A DNA stretch of 64,000 nucleotides from Negaprion brevirostris (Eukaryota), in NCBI GenBank assembly GCA_030324005.1, contig JARDVH010000084.1, positions 55,597,894 to 55,661,893 of the forward strand. The letters run 5' to 3'. The notes beneath the pieces were generated by a model. The model did not search any database. It was not told the origin of the DNA and worked only from the letters and a program-made list of their open reading frames with translations. A program made the translations under genes and the position numbers. Shown one piece after another: positions 11,901 to 24,618 of the stretch (within the stretch, counting starts at the first letter, position 1; each line of letters begins with the position of its first letter).

Positions 11901-13289
11901 AGTCTGACGGAGGTTGGGACACCAGGGAGACTTTGATTCAGCTTTCTTTGAGCCTGCCTTCAGTCTCAGTCCATGGGCACCAACTCCCTCCCAAATGTCT
12001 CACGCNNNNNNNNNNNNNNNNNNNNNNNNNNNNNNNNNNNNNNNNNNNNNNNNNNNNNNNNNNNNNNNNNNNNNNNNNNNNNNNNNNNNNNNNNNNNNNN
12101 NNNNNNNNNNNNNNNNNNNNNNNNNNNNNNNNNNNNNNNNNNNNNNNNNNNNNNNNNNNNNNNNNNNNNNNNNNNNNNNNNNNNNNNNNNNNNNNNNNNN
12201 NNNNNNNNNNNNNNNNNNNNNNNNNNNNNNNNNNNNNNNNNNNNNNNNNNNNNNNNNNNNNNNNNNNNNNNNNNNNNNNNNNNNNNNNNNNNNNNNNNNN
12301 NNNNNNNNNNNNNNNNNNNNNNNNNNNNNNNNNNNNNNNNNNNNNNNNNNNNNNNNNNNNNNNNNNNNNNNNNNNNNNNNNNNNNNNNNNNNNNNNNNNN
12401 NNNNNNNNNNNNNNNNNNNNNNNNNNNNNNNNNNNNNNNNNNNNNNNNNNNNNNNNNNNNNNNNNNNNNNNNNNNNNNNNNNNNNNNNNNNNNNNNNNNN
12501 NNNNNNNNNNNNNNNNNNNNNNNNNNNNNNNNNNNNNNNNNNNNNNNNNNNNNNNNNNNNNNNNNNNNNNNNNNNNNNNNNNNNNNNNNNNNNNNNNNNN
12601 NNNNNNNNNNNNNNNNNNNNNNNNNNNNNNNNNNNNNNNNNNNNNNNNNNNNNNNNNNNNNNNNNNNNNNNNNNNNNNNNNNNNNNNNNNNNNNNNNNNN
12701 NNNNNNNNNNNNNNNNNNNNNNNNNNNNNNNNNNNNNNNNNNNNNNNNNNNNNNNNNNNNNNNNNNNNNNNNNNNNNNNNNNNNNNNNNNNNNNNNNNNN
12801 NNNNNNNNNNNNNNNNNNNNNNNNNNNNNNNNNNNNNNNNNNNNNNNNNNNNNNNNNNNNNNNNNNNNNNNNNNNNNNNNNNNNNNNNNNNNNNNNNNNN
12901 NNNNNNNNNNNNNNNNNNNNNNNNNNNNNNNNNNNNNNNNNNNNNNNNNNNNNNNNNNNNNNNNNNNNNNNNNNNNNNNNNNNGACTTTGATTCAGCTTT
13001 CTTTGAGCCTGCCTTCAGTCTCAGTCCATGGGCACCAACTCCCTCCCAAATGTCTCACGCATAACCATACCATGAGCCCAATGTCACATCACTGCCTTCT
13101 GCCCCAAACTCTTTCACCAGACATTGATGAGACAAACACACATCGAATACACAAGCCACTTGGGGCTTTTGAGCAAATAACTAATTTTTCTTTATAACAT
13201 TAATGTAAAACAAACAAAAAACATCCAGTCCTAACTGATTTAAAAACTTCTGATATAAGGAAAAACATAAGGAAACCGATTGCTGTGCT

Positions 13290-14300
13290 CACTGTGCCTT
13301 CCATTTATGTTGGTGGGTGCTACGTTCAGATCCCCCACGCACCTTCTCCTCCATGACAGATCCATAAACATCTTTCTCCTGCTCCTCACCTTTCTCATCA
13401 TCGTCCTCCTCTGATTTAATAGCTATAGGTCCCCTGGTTGTAGGCCACTCCGTTGTGCCATATTGTGTAGCATGCAGCACATGACAACTATTCTGGAGAT
13501 CTTTTGCAATCGATACAGTGGAGCTCCTGTAGAATAGTGAAAGCACTGAAAATGCATCTTCAGGATACCAATAGCCTGCTCCATTGTACTGCAGGTTAGC
13601 ATTTGGCGGTTGTAGTGCCTTCCAAGCTGTTTATGGCCAACTGTTACCTTCTCAAGGGGAACCTCTTGATCCCAAGAAGCCAACTATGATGTCTCAAAAA
13701 AACCGAAGCAGTTGCAAATTCCTCAGAACTAACTGAGTCACAGTAACTTGCAGGATACTGTGCATATACGTGCAGGAATGCCTTGTTGTAGTCACATACC
13801 ACTTGCACATTCAAGGAGTGGAAGGATTTCATGTTTACAAAGGTGTCACATTGATGGCTTGGTGCCCTTATGGTAATAGGGGTGCAGCTGATAGTCCTCT
13901 TTGAAGCCTGCTAATTATGCAAATTCCCTGACCCTCTATATCTGAAATACCACATCCATCAGGAAGTCAATGTGCTCCCCAACTAAGCAAAAAGGGCATC
14001 TATAACTGCCTCAATGCATCTGTTTGTAGCTGATTGTGAGATGCCACAGGGACTTTTAGCTGAGCCCTGGAATGAGTCAGCTGAGTAAAACCTAAGAGCC
14101 ATTGTGAACTTGAGTACCACTGACAGGGCATGTGTATCAGCACACTGGTGCCAGATCTTGTTGCACGATGGCAGATATCTCGGTAATCAATTCCTGCAAT
14201 AATCTGCGCTGCCTTCTGCGTTGGTTCTCTGTCATTTCGAAATATGACCTCCACAGTTAGTAAACCCTTGCCTCGGGGTAAAACCTGGTTATCCTGCTCC
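13290..14300 (-). pseudogene. Harbinger transposase relic
   Basis: KSFHSLNVQVVCD, WLLG, YN...MEQAIGILKMHFQC and IVVMCCMLHN motifs in ORFs 13644-13832 and 13423-13683. Confidence 0.85.
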
Positions 14301-15586
14301 TGTCTGGGTTGTACGGTATTGTCTCAGCTCCTGGCTTGGACCCTCTGGCTACACACTGTTCCTGACCACATGTCTCTTGTCTCTATTGTACGATGGTGTC
14401 ATCCTCATTTGCAGCTTTTTTGACACAATGCATACATATCTCCTTATCTATCTAGCATATTGTCCTTTCTCCCACGTGGGTGCCTGAGTCTTGAGAGTAA
14501 GTGGGCAGTCGGTGGTCAGGGGAGTTGCTGGGAGGTCAGTGGAGACTGGTTGGTTAGGGGGCAGTCAGGTGTTCAGGTGGGATAGCTGGATGGTTGTTGG
14601 ATGGGGGAGGTAATCAGGGGGGTTAGTATGAGCGAATGGAGGTCAGTTGTGTCGTCTAGGTTTTAATCTGTCGACACTTACAAGGTAAATATTCAGATAA
14701 GTACCATGGAACTGTCAGAAGTCTCTGACTCTAACTTGGAGTCGGACACGTTTGCAGAAGGTCCTGGGAATCAGGCGAACTGCCATTGCAGTGAAAACTC
14801 TGGGCAATTCCCAAATAGGTTAGCATGTCAGGACTTCCACAGGGTCCTGAAGCACATCTCAGCCGTATGTCTAGTGATTTGGTGATTTGGAGACTGGCCA
14901 TTGTTTTGTAATTATTACTTTGTAAAATACACAATCTAAAGTTATGCAAAATAAAACTAGAAAACATTGACTAAATACAAACATTACTTTGTCCAATTCA
15001 AACAATGATAAGTTTTTAAAAGGGTTACTTAATTAAACTTGGCATGATATAAATTTACTACAGTTAATAGGTTGAGTAATTAAGTTCACTGGTCTTTTCA
15101 ATAGATATCTTGGCAAGGCCAAAACTAAAAATTTACAGTCTCTGTGATTAGAATCAAGTCCTAAAGAAACTGCAAAACAATATCTAAATGGATTGTTTAC
15201 TTCAAAATTAATCCAAGAAAAACAAAAAGAAAAAAAAATGATGTTTTATCAACATCATACCATCAAGGTGGGAGAGCTTTTAAATAATATGTATGATTTG
15301 TGCAATAAAGTTAACCAAGTACCCAAATAGATTACACTTGAAAGATAACCAATACATATGCTGTCAAAAGCAGGAAACACCAGTCACATAAATTTCTCTT
15401 TGTTCTTTGAGGTGATAGGAGGAACACTACGACTGTTGACAATTCTTCTGACCTGCCATCTGATTATCCCCCACAACCCAAATAGTGGAAAAAGATGGAA
15501 GTTAATCTCAACTATAGTGCACTAGTTTTGGGAGAGTATCCAACAACACATGTCACATTGAAACCAGGCATGAATCCCAATGGGAA

Positions 15587-16860
15587 CATTGAACATAAAA
15601 AAACTACAGCACAAACAGGCCCTTCGGCCCACAAATTGCGCAGATACCTCTACCTACTTGGCTTATCTATAATCCTCAATCTTATTAAGTCCCATGTACT
15701 CATCCAGAAGTTTCTTTAAAGACCCTATCTAATTTGCCTCCATCACCACCGACGGCAGCCGATTCCATGCACCCACCACCCTCTGAGTGAAAAACTTACC
15801 CCTGACATCTCCTCTGTACCTGCTCCCCAGCACCTTAAACCTGTGNNNNNNNNNNNNNNNNNNNNNNNNNNNNNNNNNNNNNNNNNNNNNNNNNNNNNNN
15901 NNNNNNNNNNNNNNNNNNNNNNNNNNNNNNNNNNNNNNNNNNNNNNNNNNNNNNNNNNNNNNNNNNNNNNNNNNNNNNNNNNNNNNNNNNNNNNNNNNNN
16001 NNNNNNNNNNNNNNNNNNNNNNNNNNNNNNNNNNNNNNNNNNNNNNNNNNNNNNNNNNNNNNNNNNNNNNNNNNNNNNNNNNNNNNNNNNNNNNNNNNNN
16101 NNNNNNNNNNNNNNNNNNNNNNNNNNNNNNNNNNNNNNNNNNNNNNNNNNNNNNNNNNNNNNNNNNNNNNNNNNNNNNNNNNNNNNNNNNNNNNNNNNNN
16201 NNNNNNNNNNNNNNNNNNNNNNNNNNNNNNNNNNNNNNNNNNNNNNNNNNNNNNNNNNNNNNNNNNNNNNNNNNNNNNNNNNNNNNNNNNNNNNNNNNNN
16301 NNNNNNNNNNNNNNNNNNNNNNNNNNNNNNNNNNNNNNNNNNNNNNNNNNNNNNNNNNNNNNNNGTCCATCTGCCACTTCTCCGCCCAGTCTTGCATCCT
16401 ATCTATGTCACGCTGCAACTTCTGACATCCCTCCAAACTATCCACAACACCTCCAACCTTCGTGTCATCGGCAAACTTACCAACCCATCTCTCCACTTCC
16501 TCATCCAGGTCATTTATAAAAATCCCAAAAAGCAAGGGTCCCAGAACAGATCCCTGGGGCACTCTACTGGTGACCGACCTCCACGCAGGAAAAGACCCAC
16601 CCAGAACTGGCTTGTCCATAGAAGGCAGAGAGTGGTTGTAGATGGGTCTTTTTCTGCATGGAGGTCGGTCTCTCTGCCTTCTGTGGGCAAGCCAGTCCTA
16701 GATCCACAAAGCAACGTCCCCTTGGATCCCATGCCCCCTAACTTTCTCAATAAGTCTTGCATGGGGGATCTTATCGAACACCTTGCTGAAGTCCATATAA
16801 ACCATATCTACCGCACTTCCTTCGTCAATGTGTTTAGTCACATTTTCAAAAAACTCAACA
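15587..16860 (-). mobile_element. CR1 LINE RT and 3' end, gapped, with internal micro-inversion
   Basis: VPQGSVLGPLLFGIFINDL, KFADDTK and FFTQRVVGAWN motifs. Confidence 0.92.
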
Positions 16861-16969
16861 TCCCAAGTAAATTAATGTAGGACAAATTTAAATTCAAGTT
16901 TGGCACAATTACTGGTTGATTGGTATTGAGAGTGGTTGAGAGAACTGATTTACTTGGAATGTTTTTTAC

Positions 16970-19370
16970 ATATTCATTCATGAGGTGGTAAGCCCAGCAT
17001 TTACTGGCTCATTTCCCCTGAGAAGGTAGTGGTGAGCTGCCTTCTTGAGCTGCTGCAGTCCATGTGGTGTAGGGACACCCATAGTGCTGTTTTGGAGGCA
17101 GGTCCAGATTTTTGACCCAGCAGCAGCGAAGGAATGGCAACATATTCCCAAGTCAGGGTGGTGAGTGGCTAGGAGGGGAACTTCCAGGTGGTGGTGTTCT
17201 CATGTATCTGCTGCCCTTGTCCTTCTAGATGGTAATGATTTGTTTTGGAAGGTGCAGTGTCTTAGGAGCCTTGATGAGTTCCTGCAGTGCACCTTGTGGA
17301 TTATACACACTGATGCTACTATGTACTGTTGGTGGAGAAAGTGCATGTTTTTGAATGTGGCCAATCAAGCAGGCTGCTTTGTCCTGGATAGTGTTGTTGC
17401 AGCTTCACTCGTCCAGACAAGTGTTTGAACCAAGACTGTCATGAGGCTAAGAGAAGACTGGCTCTGATGGATTTCAAAATGAATGTCAGTGAACAAGTTC
17501 TTGCTGAGCAAGTGTCACTTGGATATTACTGTTGATGACCGTTTCTATCACTTCAGTGATAATTGAGAGTAGGTTGATGGAGGAGTAGTTGGCTAGGTTT
17601 TTTGTCCTTTTTTTTGTGGACAGGATATAAATGCACAATTTTCCACATTGTCGGGTAGATGCCGAAGTAGTAGCTGGCTGGGAGGTGCAGAAGTCTTCAG
17701 TACTGTTACCAGAATATTGGTCAGGGCCCTTAGCCTTTACCATATGGCTATATTGTAACCTTCCACTGTTTCTTGATATCACATGGAATGAATCAAATTG
17801 GCTGAAGACTGACATCCAAGCTGCTGGGGACCTCCAGCGAAGGCCAAGATCCACTCGGCATTTCCGGCTGAAGATTGTTGCAAATGCTTCAGCCTTATCT
17901 TCTACACTGATGTGCTGGGCTCCTCCATCATTGAAAATGGCGATATTTATGGAGGCTCCTCCTCCAGTGAGTTATTTAATTGTCCACCATCATTCATGAT
18001 TGAATGCAACAGGACTGCAGAGATTAGATGTAATCAGTTGGTTGTGGAATCGCTTGGCTCTGTCTATTGCTTGATGCTTATGCTGCTTGGCATATAGTCC
18101 TATGTTGTAGTTTCACCCAGTTGGCACCTCATTTTCAGCTATGCCTGGTGTTGCTCTTGGCATGCCCTCCTACACGTTTCATTAAACCTGGGTTAGATCC
18201 TTTGGCTTGATGGTAATGATAGGAGTGGGGATATGCCAGGCCATGAGATTACAAATTGTGGTTGAGTACATTTCTACTCTGATTTTCCAGTCTGGAGTTG
18301 CTAGGTCTGTTTGAAATTTATTCCATTTAGCGTGATGATAGTGCCACACAACACAGTGGAGGGTATCCTCAATGTGAAGACGGGACCTCGTCTCCGCAAG
18401 GGCTGTGAGATGGTCACTCCTACTGATATTGTAATGATCAGATGGATCTACGGCAGGCAGGTTGATGAGGATGAGGTCATGTATGTTTTTCTCTCTTGTT
18501 GGTTCTCTCACTATCTATCACAGATCTTGTCAAGCAACTATGTCCTTTATGCCTCGGCCAGCTCAGTCAATACTGGTGCTACCGAGTCGCTCTTGGCGAT
18601 GGATATTGAAGTCCCCACCCAAGAGTACATTCTGCACCCTTGCCACTCTCAGTGCTTCCTCCAATTGGTGTTCAGTAGAGAGGTGTATTGATTCATCAGC
18701 TGGGATGGTATCTGTTAATCAATAGGAAATTTTCTTTCCCATGTTTGACCTGATGCCACGAGACTTCATGGGGTTCAGAGTTAATGTTGAGGACTCCCTC
18801 CTGATTATAACATCCTGCTGCTGCCACCTCTGCTGGGTATGTCCTGCCCGTGAGATGGTTATTGTGGTATTTGGTACATTGTCTGTAAGATATGATTCCG
18901 TGAGTATGACTATGTCAGGCTGTTGCTTGACAAGTTTGCAAGACAGCTTTCCCAATTTTGGCACATTAGTGAGGAGGACTTTGCAGAGTTAACAGGGCTG
19001 AGTTTGCCGTTGTTGTTTCTAGTGTCTTAGGTCCATGCTGAATGGTCCATTTGGTTTTGTTCCTTTTAGGACATTTTAGCGATTTGATACAACTGAGTGG
19101 CTTGCTAAGCCACTTCAGAGAGCATTTTAAATCAACAAAATTGAGTCAGTCACAGATAGGCCAGGCCAGACCAAGTAAGGAAAGCAGGTTTATTTCCCTA
19201 AAGGACACTAGTGAATCAGGTGGGTTTTCACAACAATCGACAATGGTTTCATGGTTATCATTAGACTTTTAATTCCAGATTTTTTATTGAATTCAAATTC
19301 CACCATCTGCTGGGGTGAGATTTGAATCCAGGTCTCCAGAGTATTCTGGATTACTAGTCTTGTGACAATC
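16970..19370 (-). mobile_element. CR1/L2-group LINE (APE plus partial RT, internally deleted) with tRNA-like 5' head
   Basis: APE motifs PKLG...QPDIVILTESYL and REPTRE..HDLIL...SRSDH; RT-proximal LANYSSINLLSII. B-box-like GGATTCAAATCTC at ~19317-19329. The 3' end is shared with 44945-45115. Confidence 0.8.
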
Positions 19371-19706
19371 CCAGTGGAGGAAAGTAAAGGGAGGTGAAAT
19401 ATTGATGGAACTTTCTCACAGCTATTTCCCTGATTTACTGCCAGACATCATCCTCCAAGTGAGTTTTCACTCCCTACAATTTGAAATATGTCATCATCTG
19501 ATTGATATCCATATAAATGTATGGAAGTCAACAATAAAACAGATAATTTAATCATGGGTGGAATTTTCTTATTTCTTTTCCAAAGTGTCATCTCAGGTTG
19601 GAAATGTGGTGCTTAGTCCACCGGCTCCACTGACTCAAATCTTTGAACATTTTGGGAAATAAAGATCCAGTAGGCAGATCCAACTATGTCATACTGGCAG
19701 AGTCTG

Positions 19707-19848
19707 AGAACTCCCAGCCACCTGACGAAGGGACAGGCTGTCCTGAAAGCGTGCAGCTTTTGCTACAAATAAACCTGTTTGGACTTTAAGTTGGTGTTGT
19801 GGAATTTCTTTCTGTTTTACCCCAGTCCAATGCCAGCTCTCCACATCA
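19707..19848 (+). mobile_element. Short Penelope pLTR-derived unit with hammerhead-like core and TSD
   Basis: CTGACGA-A-GGGACA/GGC/TGTCCT-GAAA at 19722-19748; flanked by direct repeat (CA)GAGTCTG at 19698-19706 and 19847-19855. Confidence 0.75.
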
Positions 19849-20699
19849 GAGTCTGCCTTGCCAGCAACATCGGGCAGCCAATGTTAAAAGAGAAAATAAA
19901 TAGAACTCCCCCCACCCCCACCCTCCCCCTCGGAGACAAGGAAACCCTTGCGCCTCACTCTACTCCCACACTGCTCCCTGGCACTACTAGGATACTGCCC
20001 GGGCATGACCCTCTTTCCCCCACACCTCGGTGGACTGCAAGTACCTGTGCACCCCCCAGCAGGTTCTGTTTGCCACTTCCCCATTTAGAAAACCCGTTAT
20101 AAACCTCACAAACGTGATGTGAAAACGAGGTTCAAAAATCTTCCCACATATGTTTTGCTTTACTGAATATTTCATGAACTGTCATGTGATTTTTGTGACT
20201 TTGGGAAAACAGTAACATAAACACTGTATCAGCCTGTGGCTTAAGCTGTAAGCTAAGAAGAAACATAGTTAACAGTAAGAGTGACGAACAGTAAATTTAT
20301 AGCACAAATCATTTGTTCTTGCCACAGGTGTCAATTACAAAGGTCCCATTTAAAACATATTAAGTGTGCTTGCTATTTTGTGCAATTCAGTAAGCAATAG
20401 CTGTTCCTAAGAGGCAGAGTTTTGACCAGTTTTAGCTGCCCAAAGTTTTCACTTTCTATCTCCTTTATACAGGACTGTAATCCTGGAAAGGTTTGCCAGT
20501 GCTTTAGGAAAGATCTTGTACCAGATTGGTGAGAGGGAAGGGAACCTGAGGGGAAATTCAGAGTGGGGAGGAAAGAAACTGGCAGTGGGAAGTTCGGAAG
20601 TATTAACTGTTGAGGATACATCAAAGAATAGTATCAAGGTAAAGAGAATATTTGGAGAATTTGATAGAAGTAGAGTAGATGGGGTCAGAGTAAGGGGGA

Positions 20700-22627
20700 A
20701 AGAAAAAAAGTCTAAATCAAAATTAATATGCATAAATTTGAATGCAGAGTGTTGTTGATACAATTGGTGACCTACAGGCACAGATTGACAAATGGAATCA
20801 TAAAGTTTAAAGTTAAAGTTTATTTATCAGTGTCACAAGTAGGCTTACATTAACACTGCAGTGAAGTTACTATGACAATCCCCGAGTTGCCACATCCACT
20901 GCCTGTTCAAGCACGCTGAGGGAGAATTTAGCATGGCCAGTGCACCTAACCAGCAAGTCTTTCAGACTGTGGGAGAAAACCAAAGCACCTGGAGAAAATC
21001 TATGCAGACACAAGGAGAACATGCAGACTCCGCACAGACAGTGACCCAAGCCAGGAATTAAACCCGGGTCCCTGGCACTGTGAGGCAGCAGTGCTAACTA
21101 CAGTGTCACCAAGCCGCCGTATGATATTATCACTGTAACACAGACCTGTCTCAAAGAAGGGTAGGACCAGATGATAAATACTCCTGAGTACAAGGAAAGG
21201 GAGAAAGGGGGCATGGGCAGTATTGACTAAAGATTACACTACAGTACTGAGAGAGGATATTCCAAAGGGGTCAAGGACGGAATCTCTCTGGTTAGAGGTA
21301 AGGAATGAAAAAGGTGTAATAATATTGATTGACATAGTATATATATATTTATAGACCACCAACTAGCAGAAGTGACGTAGAGAAACAAATTTAAGAAATT
21401 ACAGAGAATTATCAACTAATTATAATGGGAACTTCAATTATCCAAATCTAGACTGGGATAGGAATAGTACAAAGGGGTATGAGTTCCTGCAATGTGGTCA
21501 AGTTATGTTTCTGACCCAATGAAAGGCAGGCACTGCTAGACCTGGTTCTGAGAAATGAGTGGGAGGGCATCAAGGGAACAGTGACTATTGCATCATAAGG
21601 TTTAGGTCAGCCATGGAAAAGGACAAGCTACAATCCAGAGCAAGGGTAATTAACTGGGGGAAAACCAATTTTGATGGGATGAAAATGCATCTGAGTTGAT
21701 TGAGTTGGAATCAAATGTTTGCAGAAAAGATGGTGGCTGGACAATGGCCGCCTTCAAAGAAAAAGAATGGCAGCAATATTAAGGTATATTACTTTGAAAG
21801 ATAAAGGTAGGACAAATAAATTGAGTGCCCTGAATGATGAGAAGCGAAGGTGAAAAGGAAAAGCGGGCGTACAACTAGAAAATACAACGGAGAATCTAGC
21901 TGAATATATAAGGACCAGAGGAGAAATGAAAATCCATATAATTCATATAATCTAAAAAAGAACAGCAAGGCGAGAGTATGAAAAAAGACTAGCAGCTAAC
22001 ATAAAAGGGAATCCCAAGGTTTTCTATAATATAAATAATAAAAGGGTGGTAAAAGAGACAGTACGGCCAATTAGGAATCAAAATAAGAATTTGCACGTGG
22101 AGGCAGGAGAAATAATGGAGGTATTAAATCCATAATTTGCATCTGCCTTTCAAAGGAAGAGGTGCCACCCAGGCTGGGGTGAGAGAGGGAGTAACTGGTG
22201 ACACTCAAAGAATTTACAGTCAAGAAGGAAAAGGTGTTAGTGAGGCTTCGTTGCTTAAAATAGATAAGGTACCAGAATTGGATGAGATGTAACCAAGGAT
22301 ACTGAGGAATTTAAGGCACTAATGATAATCTTCTAGTCTTCCTTATACACAGGGGTGGTGCCCTGGAGAACTGCAAATTCTGTACCCTTGTTCAAGAAAG
22401 GATACAAGAATAAAGTTTGACTTGAGTCATAGAGAATCTTCCGGAAACTATTGTTTGGGACAAAATCAGTAGTCACTTAGATAGGTACAGGTTATTTAAG
22501 GAGAGCTAACATAGATTCATTAAGGGAAAATCATGTTTAACTAACTTGAGGAGGAGGTAACAGAGAAGGTTGATAAGGCCAACACTGTCGATGTGGTGTA
22601 TATGCATTTCAAAAGATATTTGATACA
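20700..22627 (+). mobile_element. CR1 LINE ORF2 fragment (APE to RT), heavily decayed, with nested SINE
   Basis: LICINL/YRPP/IMGNFNYP-type APE motifs and KGKSCLTNL...DVVYMHF RT motifs. Confidence 0.85.
20803..21118 (-). mobile_element. HE1-head SINE with non-CR1 (Rex1-like) tail
   Basis: HE1-like tRNA head at ~21060-21118; tail ...TGTTAATGTAAGCCTACTTGTGACAC.GATAAATAAAC(TTTAAAC)n. Confidence 0.85.
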
Positions 22628-22749
22628 TGCCACTCCCCAACCTCAGATTTGTGCCTGGCCCCACCCCCTGGAGGATTTTTTTTAAAACACATGGGATTGT
22701 AGTACTGCCAGTTCGGCAATTCTGCACCATTGAGACTCGCACTTCTACA

Positions 22750-23273
22750 GCATCGAATCTCTGGCTTGAGTTTGGATCTGGATCTGGAGAAGAAAGCGAT
22801 GAGACTGAGTCAGGGAGTGGGAGGTTCAGCCAGAGGGTGGTTTGCGGAGGCCATAGCTTGGAGCTGAAGGAGGGGAGATGTCACAACTGAGATTAGGCAG
22901 GGCAGTGGCAACGAGAGGCCATAACTCAGGGTTAGGAAAGATCAACAGTGACCAGGAGGATCAAGAAGTGAGAGCTTCGGAAAGCAGGATCCACAATGAT
23001 TGGTAGGTACTGTAAGAAAGTTACATTTTCCTTTTATAATTTTAAACTTATTTTATAATTTATTTCATTTAACAATGTAGGAATTTTACAATGTAATTTA
23101 TTTCAACTTTACAGCATATATTTTAATATTTTTTTCTGATAGGGAAGGTTCTGCAGAACCTAACTACAGTTTGAACATTGATATTTTTGGGAACCAATGT
23201 TTCACTTAAAGCCATTTCACTTAAAGTTGTGATTTTGAGGAACATAGGTACAACTTTAAGTGAGGACTTAGTA
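22750..23273. mobile_element. Tc1/mariner (Tigger-like) non-autonomous fragment
   Basis: Reverse complement of 23200-23273 resembles the terminus starting at 25843 (AAGTC.C.CACTTAA..TTGTA...TGTTCCT.AAA..CACAAC). Confidence 0.4.
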
Positions 23274-23292
23274 TCAGACCTAAAGTTACTAT

Positions 23293-23422
23293 TCTGATGA
23301 AAGACCATCCTAACCTGGAAAGTGAACTCCATCTCTCTCTGCATATTCTACAGCCTACTTAGAATTTCCAGTATTTTTGTTTTTGTTTCAGATTTCCATC
23401 ATCCACAATATTTTTGCTTTTG
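23293..23422 (+). repeat. Single arm of the palindromic PLE-like repeat family with decayed CTGATGA...GAAA core
   Basis: TTCTGATGAAAG...GGAAAGTGAACTC...TTTTTGTTTCAGATTTCCATCATC matches the reverse complement of 27575-27670. Confidence 0.55.
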
Positions 23423-24339
23423 TGTTGCTAAAGTTATCTTTTGCTGGGTTGAACCTGTGACTTCTTGACTACTCCCATTGCTTATTTTAAAATAGTAATT
23501 CAGTATTTCCAAATCTCCATCAATTAAGATATTCTCTCAGATACTTTCTTGTCAGGTTAGTTCTGTCCATTTTTTCCTTAAACCACGGATCCTGACAAGT
23601 TTAATCCTGTGCTGTTCTGTACTGCCTCCAATGCTTGAATATCTGCTTGTTTCTTAGACCAAAAACAGACACAATCATCAAATTAGAGTAAGTCCTTGCT
23701 TTAAGTTGCCCTGTTGTAAGTTGTTTCAATTTAATGTTGAATATTTAATAGGGTGAATATTCGCATTTCGCATCGGGAGCTTTGTTCTAATATTGGTTTG
23801 TGCCAGGTGTGTCATACGGTCATGTAACTCATTTTGGAACAGTCTCTCCTGCTTGCGGACTCTTCCAGTCGTTGGCTGACCTACTCTCCCATTGATTTCC
23901 CCACAGTCCCCCCCCTCTCTCCACCCATTCTGGTTCCCGACCTTCCCAGTTGCTGGCCAACCCTCCAGTTCCCCAACCTCCCTCTCGCCAACCCTAATGG
24001 TCATTTGCCACTCCCTGACCCTCCCAGTCCCTGGCTCTGCTTGTACCTGGTGACACCACTCTCTCTCAGTCACACTTCCAGTACCTGGCCCTCCCTGTCT
24101 TCGACTCTCACTCTCACCAACCCTTTCAGTAACTTGCCGATCCTCTGAGTCTCTCACCCTTCCAGTCCCTAACCTTTCCAGTTATTGGTGAACCCTCCAG
24201 GTTGCTAGTCCTTCCTCTTTCTAACATATAGGTTAAAATTTAAGGTTTGTAAAGCTGTCATTGGAGTTGTGAAGCAGTTATGTAAGAAAAAATAAAGGGA
24301 AGTTAAGAAATGGATAAAATTGAAAATACAAATGAATAT

Positions 24340-24618
24340 TTAAGTTTATTTATTAGTCACAAGTAAGACTTACATTAACACTGCAATGAAGTTACTATGA
24401 AATTCCCCTAGTTGCCACACTCTGGCGCCTGCTTGGATCAATACGCGTAACCAGCACATCTTTCAGACTGTGGGAGGAAACCAGAACACCCGGAGGAAAC
24501 CCACACCGACATGGCGAGAACATGCAAACTCCACATGAACAGTGACCCAAGCCAGAAATCGAGCCCAGGTCCCTGGTGCTATGAGGCAGCAGTGCTAACC
24601 ACTGTGCCACCATGTCAC
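24340..24618 (-). mobile_element. HE1-head SINE with Rex1-like tail
   Basis: Same head and tail as 20803-21118. Confidence 0.85.

Noticed and set aside
11929-13060. Identical 77-bp direct repeat on both sides of a ~980-N gap, and the long ORFs spanning it
   Set aside because: Typical unmerged contig overlap; the ORFs are X-filled artefacts.
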